Position numbers and translations under genes: made by a program. A DNA stretch of 64,000 nucleotides from an uncultured Bacteroidota bacterium (GTDB lineage: Bacteria; Bacteroidota; Bacteroidia; Bacteroidales; WCHB1-69). The notes beneath the pieces were generated by a model that made no database searches, was not told the origin of the DNA, and saw only the letters and a program-made list of their open reading frames with translations. Where the stretch lies: positions 85,206 through 149,205 of the forward strand of contig CADADB010000003.1 in the NCBI GenBank assembly GCA_902786595.1. The letters run 5' to 3'. Below, piece by piece: positions 26,139-35,237 of this stretch (positions within the stretch are counted from its first letter, which is position 1; each line of letters begins with the position of its first letter).

Positions 26139-27401
26139 ATGAAAGACATTTTCGAAAGAATAAAAGAGTCATCCGGTGGTCCGATTGGACAATACCGCGA
26201 GAAGATTGACGGTTATTTCGCATTCCCGAAGCTGGAAGGCGAACTGGGCCCCCACATGCGTTTCAACGGCAAGGAGGTGCTTTGCTGGAGTCTTAACAAC
26301 TACCTTGGTTTGGCCAATCATCCCGAGGTTCGTAAAGCCGATGCGGAAGGCGCTGCCCGCTGGGGTATGGCCTATCCGATGGGCAGCCGTATGATGACCG
26401 GCCAAACTGCCCTCCACGAACAATTGGAGCGGGAATTGGCTGATTTCGAGCATAAGGAAGCTGCTTTCGAGTTCAACTTCGGCTATCAGGGCATCATGTC
26501 CACCATTGACTCGCTGGTCTGCAGACGCGACGTCATCGTTTATGACGCGGAGGCACACGCCTGTTTGCGCGACGGTATCCGTTTGCACCTTGGCAAGAGC
26601 TTCAAATTCCGCCACAACGACATCGTCGATTGCGAGCGTATTCTCGGCAACGCCTGCAAGATTGCCGATGAGCAGGGCGGCGGCGTACTGCTGATCACCG
26701 AAGGCGTGTTCGGCATGACCGGCGCACTCGGCATCCTCGACCAGATTGCGGCTCTCAAGAAAAAGTATCCGTTCCGCATCCTCATCGACGACGCCCACGG
26801 TTTCGGAGCCATGGGTCCTCACGGAAGAGGCACCTCCGAGCATTTCGGCGTGATGGACGATATCGATGTCTATATCGGTGCGTATGCGAAGTCTATGGCC
26901 ACCATTGGCGGCTTCGTGGCTACCGAAAAGAGCATCATCAACGTTTTGCGTTACAACATGCGTTCCCAGATGTACGCCAAATCACTCCCGATGCCCATCG
27001 TGGTCGGCTGTCTGAAGCGCCTTGAGATCATCCGCAGCGAAGAAGGCGACCGTCTGAGAGCCCAACTGTGGAAAATCACCCGCGCCTTGCAGAAAGGTTT
27101 CCGTGACCTCGGTTACGAGATCGGACCCGCCGAGGCGTGTGTCACCCCGGTGCACTTGTATTGCGGTGTCGATCAGGCCGCCAACATCGCTGTTGACTTG
27201 CGCGAGAACTACAACATCTTCTGCTCGATCGTCACGTATCCTGTCATTCCTCCGGGAATGCTCATCTTCCGCATCATCCCCACCGCTGCCCACAGCATGG
27301 AGGACGTGGAGCGCACCCTCGCCGCATTCCGCGACATCAAGGAACGCCTGGCCCGTGGCGAATACGACAAACCGATGCCGGATATGGCGCTGATCAAGTA
27401 G
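26139..27401 (+). CDS. alpha-oxoamine synthase family PLP enzyme (serine palmitoyltransferase / cysteate-C-fatty-acyltransferase-like)
   Basis: 420 aa. DDAHGFGAMG and the PLP-lysine region GAYAKSMATIGGF. KBL/SPT-like layout. Confidence 0.75.
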   Translation: MKDIFERIKESSGGPIGQYREKIDGYFAFPKLEGELGPHMRFNGKEVLCWSLNNYLGLANHPEVRKADAEGAARWGMAYPMGSRMMTGQTALHEQLERELADFEHKEAAFEFNFGYQGIMSTIDSLVCRRDVIVYDAEAHACLRDGIRLHLGKSFKFRHNDIVDCERILGNACKIADEQGGGVLLITEGVFGMTGALGILDQIAALKKKYPFRILIDDAHGFGAMGPHGRGTSEHFGVMDDIDVYIGAYAKSMATIGGFVATEKSIINVLRYNMRSQMYAKSLPMPIVVGCLKRLEIIRSEEGDRLRAQLWKITRALQKGFRDLGYEIGPAEACVTPVHLYCGVDQAANIAVDLRENYNIFCSIVTYPVIPPGMLIFRIIPTAAHSMEDVERTLAAFRDIKERLARGEYDKPMPDMALIK

Positions 27402-27477
27402 TTAGCAGTTAGTAGTTAGCAGTTGACTGGCAACGGCACTGTTAATTATCAATTATCAATTATCAATTGTCAATTCA
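27401..27477. repeat. two heptamer tracts (gttagca/gttagta; tcaatta x4)
   Basis: Read directly. Confidence 0.8.
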
Positions 27478-28704
27478 ATGAACAAATACCATCTGAAATG
27501 TACCCAATGTGGCGAAGTCATTCCCGACTTTGCCACTTGGTTTTCGCAGAACCAGCAGTGCAAGTGCGGCTGCAAGCGCGCCGATGTCGTCTATTCGGCT
27601 GATTATCAAAAGATCACGGAGCTGACGAAGCCGGAGCATAAACCCGCCAATTTTTATCACTATTTCGACTTTTTGCCTGTGATGGACGAGAAGAACATCG
27701 TCTCATTGGGCGAGGGTGCCATTCCGATTGAGGAGTGGGATTTCTTGGAGAAATACGCACGGGAGAAATATGGCGTTGACTGTAAGGTGATGGTCTATCG
27801 CAACGACTTGAACGGCGGCAGCAACACCTTCAAGGACATTGCTGCTTCGTTGGCCGCTTCCCTGTTCAAGGAGAACGGCGTTAAGGAGTTCTGCGTGGCT
27901 TCCACGGGCAACACCGCCACGGCGTACGCCCGTTATTTGGCCGAGGCCGGCATCAAGTTCACGGTCTTCATGCCGCATGACGCTTGTCCTGATTCCGTTG
28001 CGGCCATCTGCTCCTACGGCCAGAATGTGGTCGTGTGCGATGGCAACTACGGTGATGCGAAGAAAGAGGCCAACGACTTCCATGAGAAGAACCATGTGCT
28101 GATTTCCACGGGCAACATCGATCCCATCCGAGTGGAGGCCAAGAAGACGATGGTCTTTGAGTACTTGCGTCAGCTGGGTAAGATGCCCGATGTGTATGTG
28201 CAGGCCGTTGCGGGCGGAACAGGCCCCATCGCTCTCGACAAGGGCATCCGCGATCTGCAGACCACCTTCCCGGAAACCAAGATGCCCCGTATGCTGCTGA
28301 TCCAGCAGGACACTTGCGATCCGATGGTGCAGGGGTGGGAGAGTGCCGTGAAGGCCGGATTCCCGGAGGGTTACGAGAAGGATTACCCCGTCATCCCGAA
28401 TCCGCAGACCATGGTCTCCATCCTTTCCGCCGGCAATCCGGGCATGTATCCCATTGTCGCGCCCATCGTGCGCAAGAGCGGTGGCACGTTCCTGCGTGTG
28501 AAGGAGAGTGAGCTGGCGAAATACGGCAAAATTGTCAAGGACGAGCGCGGCATCTACTTCGGACCCGCCTCCGTTGTCTGCCTGGCCGGCTTCTACAAAG
28601 CCCTGGAGGAAGGACAGATCCGTAATGGCGAGACCGTACTCCTCAACACCGGTGAAGGTGCGGCGCGAGCCAGCTTCTTCAAGAAGATGGTGGACGAGGC
28701 GTAA
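27478..28704 (+). CDS. threonine-synthase-like PLP enzyme, candidate cysteate synthase
   Basis: N-terminal Cys-rich ribbon (CTQCG...CKCGC). PLP-lysine motif SNTFKD. ASTGNTATAYARY. Confidence 0.6.
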   Translation: MNKYHLKCTQCGEVIPDFATWFSQNQQCKCGCKRADVVYSADYQKITELTKPEHKPANFYHYFDFLPVMDEKNIVSLGEGAIPIEEWDFLEKYAREKYGVDCKVMVYRNDLNGGSNTFKDIAASLAASLFKENGVKEFCVASTGNTATAYARYLAEAGIKFTVFMPHDACPDSVAAICSYGQNVVVCDGNYGDAKKEANDFHEKNHVLISTGNIDPIRVEAKKTMVFEYLRQLGKMPDVYVQAVAGGTGPIALDKGIRDLQTTFPETKMPRMLLIQQDTCDPMVQGWESAVKAGFPEGYEKDYPVIPNPQTMVSILSAGNPGMYPIVAPIVRKSGGTFLRVKESELAKYGKIVKDERGIYFGPASVVCLAGFYKALEEGQIRNGETVLLNTGEGAARASFFKKMVDEA

Positions 28705-28746
28705 GGGTAGGGGCGAATGATTATTCGTTCTTACAATATTATATTC

Positions 28747-28778
28747 AAAAAAGAGCGCTTCGTTTGAAGCGCTTTTTT
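28747..28778. terminator. bidirectional intrinsic terminator
   Basis: Stem gcgcttc / gaagcgc, with an A-run on the 5' side and a T-run on the 3' side. Confidence 0.7.
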
Positions 28779-28808
28779 GTTGGAAGGAAGAGTGCTGTGC
28801 CTTTCGCC

Positions 28809-29657
28809 CTATGGCAACACCTCCTCCGCCTTCATTTCCATCCTGCAGAACGCGAACAGCTTCTTTCCCAGGTCTTTGAGGGAGGCGCCGAGGTGATATA
28901 CGGTGTCGTCGATGATGAGGAAACGGTCGTGGTAGCGGTCGCACTCCCGAATAGTGACGGGCGGATACTGCCGGTTATGCCGTTCGAGGTCGAGCTTCAG
29001 CGTTTCCGTGACGTGTCTCGTGACAATCTCCGTTGCCACGCCCTCTTTCCGTTTCGCCAGCATCAGCAGCACCGAATCGTCCACGTAGTTGTCGATGAGA
29101 ATGATACGTTCCTGCGCCGACCGGATCAGGTCTGCCGCGAAGGCGTATGCGTCGAAGATTTGCCCGTCGTAGAAGACACCCTCAACTGGCGGCAAGGCGG
29201 TGCGCACGAAGAAGCCAATCTGTTCCTCAGTCTTGGACACCCGCTGCTCCAGTCGCTCAATCCGTTGGTTGATGGCGTGTCCGCGAAGGAGATATTGTTT
29301 GAGCACAGATGTCGCCCATTGACGGAATTTTGTGGCGTTTTTTGAACTGATGCGGTATCCTACAGACAAAATAGCGTCCAAATTGTAATGTGTGATCCGT
29401 CTCGATACTTTTCTGTTCCCTTCAAGCCGAACTACCGAGATTTCCTCGGTAGTTGCATCCTGTTCAATTTCTCTTTCTGAATAGATGTTCTTCAAATGAA
29501 GACCAATATTGTCTTGGGAACAACCGAACAGCACTGCCATCTGCGCCTGAGTGAGCCACACTGTGTCCTCTTCCATCCGCACCTCCAGCCGGATGCTGTT
29601 GTCGGGCTGGTAGAGGATGATTTCGCCGTTTTGTGCCAAAGGTTTGTTTTCTTCCAT
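28809..29657 (-). CDS. RhuM-family (virulence protein RhuM-like) DNA-binding protein
   Basis: ILYQPDNSIRLEVRMEEDTVWLTQAQMAVLFGCSQDNIGLHLKNIY...SVGYRISSKNATKFRQWAT is characteristic of the family. Confidence 0.7.
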   Translation of the reverse strand: MEENKPLAQNGEIILYQPDNSIRLEVRMEEDTVWLTQAQMAVLFGCSQDNIGLHLKNIYSEREIEQDATTEEISVVRLEGNRKVSRRITHYNLDAILSVGYRISSKNATKFRQWATSVLKQYLLRGHAINQRIERLEQRVSKTEEQIGFFVRTALPPVEGVFYDGQIFDAYAFAADLIRSAQERIILIDNYVDDSVLLMLAKRKEGVATEIVTRHVTETLKLDLERHNRQYPPVTIRECDRYHDRFLIIDDTVYHLGASLKDLGKKLFAFCRMEMKAEEVLP

Positions 29658-29838
29658 ACAAGTTTTTTTGTTTTGTGGTTACAGAATTCATGTTGCAAAT
29701 ATACAACAAAAACCGTTGTTTGTCAAGGGTTTTGCGTGATTTTTCTTGCTTTTGAAAACCAGAGAGTTGTAATTATTATTTACTCTTTGTTTTGTTGATT
29801 GTTAAGATACAGGGACTGAATTTCGCTGATTTTGGCCT

Positions 29839-30178
29839 CTTGCGGGTCGGAGATCCCGTTCGGCCGGACAAGGCATCGCTTTAACGTTGGTGCGGTGGGT
29901 TTCGGAAATGCGTGTTGTTTCCGGCAGGGGAGGGTGGCCAAACGGAATGGTGCATTTGCTGTTCGTTTCCGCTTGCGCTTGCGGGTGGCACGGTTGATCG
30001 GTTGTCCTTGCTCTTGCGGGTCGTGCGGGTTGCGAAGCGCACTGCTCTGGCGGGCGACCCATGCACCATTCCGTTTTGCCGGAAGAGGGAGGCGTTGGAT
30101 CGCGAGGGTGTCGTTGTCGTCAAGGCACGTGGTGGCTTGTCAGGACAGGATGGCAAAACGAAATCCCGTACCCGCAAG
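29839..30178. repeat. ~340-bp GC-rich imperfect palindrome / structured non-coding element
   Basis: Outer 9-bp pairing cttgcgggt (29839..29847) / acccgcaag (30170..30178). Inner 19/20 pairing ggccaaacggaatggtgcat (29936..29955) / atgcaccattccgttttgcc (30061..30080). The ~117-nt arms are partially complementary. cttgcgggt recurs at 29978 and 30013. Confidence 0.75.
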
Positions 30179-30274
30179 GGCGCATTTCAATCGCTACAAA
30201 GGATGATGTAATTATGAAGAAAGTAAAGAGATGGATTTTATACATGGGCGAAAATAGAGTTCGTAAAACGAGTG

Positions 30275-30282
30275 TACTTTTG
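30275..30282 (+). promoter_or_regulatory. Bacteroidetes -7 box (tacttttg)
   Basis: TAnnTTTG match ~40 nt upstream of the ATG at 30321. Confidence 0.5.
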
Positions 30283-30320
30283 CGGCGTCAAACGGAATTA
30301 CAAACCAGAAATTTAGCGTC

Positions 30321-30884
30321 ATGAGTAAGACCTACAGAAGTGCTCCGGAAGATTATAAAATTAAAGAAAAAACAACAGCCATCAAGCCAAAACATACAAG
30401 GTATTGTTACGACTGTCGCAGAAACAAACTTCTGTTTTCGACAAAGGAAAAGGCTGAACGCTACATATCATTTAATTCGGCAGCGATAAAAGAAGAAAGC
30501 GGCTATGCACCAGTGCGTGCCTATTATTGTGTGGCTTGTGGAGGATGGCATGTGACCCACCTGTCTGAATTCCAATCACAATCAAAGTATGAAGAGTTCT
30601 GTGACAGCTTGGTGAAAAGAAAAAAGAACAAAGTGTCAAAACCTGTTGCGGTTCAACCTGTCGCTTCTGATTCTCTAGAATCCCTTCGTGAATCTTGCCA
30701 AAAGGCAATGAAGAAGATTTCGAAATACTATGCAAAAGGACTGTATATCCAATGCGAGAAGGAAATACTACGTATCACAGAAATGTTACAAAACAGCACC
30801 ATCTTGTCGGACAACTTTAAGGAGTCCTACTATGGTATGCTTGAGATTATTGGCTCTCAAATTCTCTTAAATACTGTTGCATAA
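30321..30884 (+). CDS. hypothetical zinc-ribbon protein
   Basis: CYDCRRNK...CVACGGWH (two CxxC pairs). 187 aa. Confidence 0.5.
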   Translation: MSKTYRSAPEDYKIKEKTTAIKPKHTRYCYDCRRNKLLFSTKEKAERYISFNSAAIKEESGYAPVRAYYCVACGGWHVTHLSEFQSQSKYEEFCDSLVKRKKNKVSKPVAVQPVASDSLESLRESCQKAMKKISKYYAKGLYIQCEKEILRITEMLQNSTILSDNFKESYYGMLEIIGSQILLNTVA

Positions 30885-30932
30885 TGCGAGGTTGTTTATT
30901 CAAACCGAAAAATTCCGAAAATAGGTTTCGCA

Positions 30933-30949
30933 TAATTTTGATATTTTTG
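30933..30949 (+). promoter_or_regulatory. two overlapping -7 boxes (taattttg, tatttttg)
   Basis: TAnnTTTG matches upstream of 30993. Confidence 0.5.
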
Positions 30950-30992
30950 CAGCATCAAATCAAATGTATAATCATACAATAAAAGAATAAAT

Positions 30993-31430
30993 ATGGAATT
31001 AACAACAAGAGAAAAAAGAGTGATTGTTAAACGGTTGATTAGCAAGAACAAAGTCGAATTTGATAGTTTGTTAAGCGAGTTGGTTTGTTCTAATTATAGT
31101 TCAACAAAGGGCGACAGTTTTGATTTTCAATTAAATTCAATTGAACTACGCGAATTAACATCTAAAGAATGGACGATCTTTTTGAGTATGCCAGTTCGGA
31201 TTTTGCAATGGATAGTGGAAAGTTTCACATCAACTATCAACAAAAAGTACTGCCAATCATTAACCGAACAGGAAGCCCTTGATGAAATGTGGAGAACGCT
31301 AAAGAATGAAAACAAGGTGGACGTACTAATGTTCATATTTGGTTTTACCGAGGATGAATTAAAAGAGTACTTTGCTGGGCAAATCTCTATGATCTACCAA
31401 AAGTACAATTTCCAATCGATGGAATCGTAA
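30993..31430 (+). CDS. hypothetical protein
   Basis: 145-aa ORF. No motif recognised. Confidence 0.45.
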   Translation: MELTTREKRVIVKRLISKNKVEFDSLLSELVCSNYSSTKGDSFDFQLNSIELRELTSKEWTIFLSMPVRILQWIVESFTSTINKKYCQSLTEQEALDEMWRTLKNENKVDVLMFIFGFTEDELKEYFAGQISMIYQKYNFQSMES

Positions 31431-31496
31431 TCAGCCGAACGAATATCAACAATATTCAAGGTCTAAAAAACAAACACGAACTATAATATTAAATCT

Positions 31497-32543
31497 ATGC
31501 CTGCAAACAAGAATGCTGTAACAAGGTACAAAGTGTTAGACGAATTGCTGTCCGACAAGTACCATTACTATAACATACACGAACTGACTGAAAAGATCAA
31601 TGACAGATTGGACGAATACGGATACAAGCCTGTTTCATCGCGAATGATTGAGAAAGACATCGAGTACTTGTCTGAACGTCCGTTCTGTGCGAACATTCAA
31701 AGGTTCAGGCACGAGGGCAAACGTTGTATTAAATACGAAGACCCATCGTTTTCCATCTTTACAAAGGAGCTTTCAGAGGATGAAAAGATTCTTTTGCACG
31801 AGGTGCTTAGCACTATAGGCCAATTTGACGGGCTTGACAATTTCGACTGGCTTGACGGATTGAAGCAGCGGTTGAAAGACAGCGAGTCCAACCAGAAAAA
31901 GATAATCTTTTTCGCCAACAATCCGGACCTTGAGAACTCAAATCTATTGGGTCGGCTTTTTTCCTCTATCTCGAACAAGGTCGCACTCAAAATGATCTAC
32001 AAGCCATTTGAACTTGAGAAAGAAACCTTTTTGTTCTATCCGTATGCCTTGAAACAATATAATGGACGTTGGTTTGTCTTCGGTAGGAAAGACGAAACGG
32101 ATAGGATATATAATCTCGCCATCGATAGAATCCGAAAAATCGAACCGAAGCCGAATGCGGCCTACATCGATTCGGATTTCAATCTGGAAGACCACATTTT
32201 TGATGTGGTTGGTGTCTCGATCCCCTTCGATGCTGAAATCGACGACATATTACTCTGGGTCTCGGACAAGTCTTACAACTATGTCAGGACTAAACCATTG
32301 CATCCGACCCAAAAGGAAGTAAAGGGGACTGCCGATTTAAAACTGCGCGATAACTATCCCCAACTTAACGGAGGCCGTTTCATTAGATTGAGATGCATTG
32401 TCAACTATGAACTTAAACAAACCATAGCGTCTATGCTCGGAGAAATGATTGTGCTTGAACCTGTCATTCTTCGTGATGAAATGGAACGATGCATTATCGC
32501 ACAAAGTGAAAAATATAAAGCTATACGAAAAAAGGATGCGTAA
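31497..32543 (+). CDS. WYL-domain transcriptional regulator (wHTH-WYL-WCX, BrxR/CapW-like)
   Basis: N-terminal wHTH (RYKVLDELLSDKYHYYNIHELTEKI), WYL core FYPYALKQYNGRWFVFG, C-terminal ...MIVLEPVILRDEM. Confidence 0.75.
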   Translation: MPANKNAVTRYKVLDELLSDKYHYYNIHELTEKINDRLDEYGYKPVSSRMIEKDIEYLSERPFCANIQRFRHEGKRCIKYEDPSFSIFTKELSEDEKILLHEVLSTIGQFDGLDNFDWLDGLKQRLKDSESNQKKIIFFANNPDLENSNLLGRLFSSISNKVALKMIYKPFELEKETFLFYPYALKQYNGRWFVFGRKDETDRIYNLAIDRIRKIEPKPNAAYIDSDFNLEDHIFDVVGVSIPFDAEIDDILLWVSDKSYNYVRTKPLHPTQKEVKGTADLKLRDNYPQLNGGRFIRLRCIVNYELKQTIASMLGEMIVLEPVILRDEMERCIIAQSEKYKAIRKKDA

Positions 32544-32551
32544 ATAAATCT

Positions 32552-32559
32552 TATTTTTG
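32552..32559 (+). promoter_or_regulatory. -7 box (tatttttg) driving the retron ncRNA/RT transcript
   Basis: TAnnTTTG match 13 nt before the a1 repeat. Confidence 0.55.
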
Positions 32560-32766
32560 CGGCATCAAAACAAACGTTCTTTGAGAGTCCTTCTGAAATG
32601 GCATTTTGAAAACTGTCTGGCGTCTTGCCAGATTTCCAGGTCAAACTGGAAAAGCAATGTTAGTGCGTTATTGTTTTAAGGTGTTTGGATGTGTTTGGAT
32701 GTTATTATAGTGATATATGGCATATACAAAGAAAACGAATTTCAGAAGACTCTCACGAACGTTTTA
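32560..32766 (+). ncRNA. retron-type non-coding RNA (msr-msd) candidate
   Basis: a1 (32572..32599, aaacgttctttgagagtccttctgaaat) and a2 (32739..32764, atttcagaagactctcacgaacgttt) are inverted repeats. Two msr-like hairpins: tctggc/gccaga (32616..32632) and ttccag/ctggaa (32634..32651). a2 ends 12 nt before the RT start. Confidence 0.6.
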
Positions 32767-32776
32767 GTATGTACAG

Positions 32777-34180
32777 ATGAATAGAGAAACTATTGCTGAA
32801 AAAGCGGAGAAAATGACGGAGAAGCAGGACCTGCTTCATTTGCTAAATGAAGTGAAGGTTGACATGCTTGGAGACAAGGCTCATCCCTTCAGTCTTCGAC
32901 AGCTCTGCTATTACTGTAACCCAAGAGTTAACAGGAAAAGATACACTGATTTCGAGATCCCCAAAAAATCCGGAGGCAAGAGACGCATTTCCGCTCCAGT
33001 CAACGGCCTGAAATCTATACTTTCATGCCTGAATATCATTTTCCAAGCCATGTACGAACCCTCAGAAAATGCGATGGGGTTTGCTGTGGGGAAATCTGTC
33101 GTTGACAATGCCAAGATACATGTTGGCAAGAATTATGTGTTCAATACGGATTTGAAGGATTTCTTCCCAAGCATTCACCAAGCTCGTGTTTGGAAACGAT
33201 TGCAATTGCCGCCCTTCAATTTCAATCAAAATATAGCTAACGTCATGGCTGGCCTTTGTTTTATGAAGGTAAGCAGTCCCGAAGGTGACAAGTATGTTCT
33301 TCCGCAAGGGGCACCCACTTCTCCCATAATCACAAATATGATATGCGACAAACTGGACAGGAGACTGAACGGGCTTGCGAACCGCTTTGGCCTGACATAT
33401 ACAAGATACGCAGACGACATTACTTTCAGTAGCATGCATAATGTTTATCAGGAGGATGGGGAGTTTATCAAGGAACTTCGTAGAATCATAGAAGACCAGA
33501 ATTTCACTATCAATGACTCCAAGACAAGGCTTCAGAGAAAGGGTTCACGACAAGAAGTGACAGGACTGACCGTGTGTGCCGCTCCTAATGTGACAAAACA
33601 ATATGTCCACAACATACGTTCTTTGCTTGCTATCTGGGAACACCATGGATATGACATTGCATACAGGCGTTTTCTTCCTCGATATATCGGAGAGAAAGGG
33701 CATGTAAAAAAAGGATTGCCGAATTTGGACAGTGTTTTGGCTGGCAAGCTTCTGTATTTGAAGATGGTCAAGGGCGCGGACAATCCGTTATATGCAAAAT
33801 TGCAATGTCGTTTCGACAATTTGATTGGAACAATGAATGGCGAAATGACTTCTGACACAGAATTACGCTTCCTATATACAATGGGGGCCAAAGAATTCGA
33901 CTTCACACATTCCAAAGGAAAATTGGAGAAAATTCAGGATGGTTTCTGCTATATAGAGAATGGTGCCAGAATACCTTTCAAGATCAGCAAGCAATTGTCA
34001 CAAGATGATTTAAATAATGACAATATCCAGATTTCGTATTGCGATAACGGGAAATCAAGGTTTTACTTGGTCCACAAACCGTTCCTGCAAAAACAGCCCA
34101 AGGACGACTCTCGCAACGATGAACTGAATAAGAAACTTACTGCTTTATGCGATTCTGGTTTTGATTTAAACATTTTATAA
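32777..34180 (+). CDS. retron-type reverse transcriptase with ~120-aa C-terminal extension
   Basis: IPKKSGGKRRISAP, NAKIH (NAxxH), DLKDFFPSI, LPQGAPTSPIITN, YTRYADDITFS, RQEVTGLTV (VTG). Confidence 0.85.
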   Translation: MNRETIAEKAEKMTEKQDLLHLLNEVKVDMLGDKAHPFSLRQLCYYCNPRVNRKRYTDFEIPKKSGGKRRISAPVNGLKSILSCLNIIFQAMYEPSENAMGFAVGKSVVDNAKIHVGKNYVFNTDLKDFFPSIHQARVWKRLQLPPFNFNQNIANVMAGLCFMKVSSPEGDKYVLPQGAPTSPIITNMICDKLDRRLNGLANRFGLTYTRYADDITFSSMHNVYQEDGEFIKELRRIIEDQNFTINDSKTRLQRKGSRQEVTGLTVCAAPNVTKQYVHNIRSLLAIWEHHGYDIAYRRFLPRYIGEKGHVKKGLPNLDSVLAGKLLYLKMVKGADNPLYAKLQCRFDNLIGTMNGEMTSDTELRFLYTMGAKEFDFTHSKGKLEKIQDGFCYIENGARIPFKISKQLSQDDLNNDNIQISYCDNGKSRFYLVHKPFLQKQPKDDSRNDELNKKLTALCDSGFDLNIL

Positions 34181-34181
34181 G

Positions 34182-35078
34182 ATGGCTCAAGACAAAGAAA
34201 AATTAAAAAAATTGTTGGATTTCATCAAAGCATTGGCTGAAGAAGAAGGTAATGAATGGTTTGTTGATGAATTGAAAATGAATTTTCCTTCTGTTCAGAC
34301 AACGCAGGGCAATCTGGCCAACAGTATGGAGATTGAAAATCTGAACATGAGAATTTCAAGTATAGAGAAATATCTCGGCCTTGACTTCAGTACTGATACA
34401 ACAGATTCCATAATTGACTATTCGAGAATAGGAGGTAAAGAGAACAGGAACAGGCTTGAAAGCGACAATCGTGAAATGTTGCGTTGGCGATACGGAACCC
34501 GGTCACATATACAAGATTTTTATGAGTATTGCCGGTGTGCTCATCAACAAGCCGAGTTCCTTTTGAATTACTTTTATGAGAACGTCGAACAAGACTTGCA
34601 ATCTTCCATACAACACATAAAGTGGTTCTTGCCAGACTATTTTACTATACGAGATACGATAAGTGATGTCTCCGAAATACCTTACGCAAATAAACTATCG
34701 GCTTTTTACAAAGAACACCAAAACGAGCTTGGCTTTTATAACAGATCTATACTGGAGAAGACTAATACCACAAGAAACGAACTGTTACACAGGAGTCCTT
34801 CAAATAAAGATCTGCAAGAATGGAAGAAGTTCTTCAATACTATGAAAAATAGTGGCTTCCCGGTGTCAGAAATCTCATTTGATTTTAAGGTGTCTGAAAT
34901 AAAAAAAGATGAGCAACTGTATAGGAACTTTATAATAAAATACGGTTATACGAACAAAGAATACCAGAATTATTTGTGGCATCTTTTCGTGGAAAGGAAA
35001 CCGTATGGAGAAGTGTTACAGGCAGTCAAGACCCTCGCTGGGATCATACAGTCAAATGTAGTCCCTTCCGACAGGTGA
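34182..35078 (+). CDS. hypothetical protein with RNxxxH (HEPN-like) motif; candidate effector
   Basis: The start is 1 nt after the RT stop. TRNELLHRS has R198 and H203 (R-x4-H). Predicted to be mostly helical from the sequence character. Confidence 0.5.
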   Translation: MAQDKEKLKKLLDFIKALAEEEGNEWFVDELKMNFPSVQTTQGNLANSMEIENLNMRISSIEKYLGLDFSTDTTDSIIDYSRIGGKENRNRLESDNREMLRWRYGTRSHIQDFYEYCRCAHQQAEFLLNYFYENVEQDLQSSIQHIKWFLPDYFTIRDTISDVSEIPYANKLSAFYKEHQNELGFYNRSILEKTNTTRNELLHRSPSNKDLQEWKKFFNTMKNSGFPVSEISFDFKVSEIKKDEQLYRNFIIKYGYTNKEYQNYLWHLFVERKPYGEVLQAVKTLAGIIQSNVVPSDR

Positions 35079-35237
35079 GAACAAGATCAATATGTCTTGT
35101 TCAAGCATTTTTTTAACGAACATCTGTTCATATACCGATAAGGTTTTTCAATGGACTAATGGAATGAGGATAGAATGCCAAAACATAAATTATGAACAAT
35201 CCAAACCAATACGAATATAGGGGTCGCGAAGTAGTTG

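Noticed and set aside
27703-28944. 413-aa ORF antisense to the threonine-synthase-like gene
   Set aside because: It is a shadow ORF. It has no start context or motifs, and the sense strand has clear PLP-enzyme signatures.
29802-30324. Several 86-124-aa ORFs on both strands in the GC-rich stretch
   Set aside because: They overlap each other in multiple frames and are rich in Arg, Pro, Gly and Cys, with no start context. The DNA is better explained as a long imperfect palindrome.
32777-34180. RT as a group II intron maturase or a diversity-generating retroelement RT
   Set aside because: There is no maturase X/En domain or intron RNA domains, and no template/variable repeat pair nearby. The NAxxH and VTG motifs plus the flanking a1/a2 repeats favour a retron.
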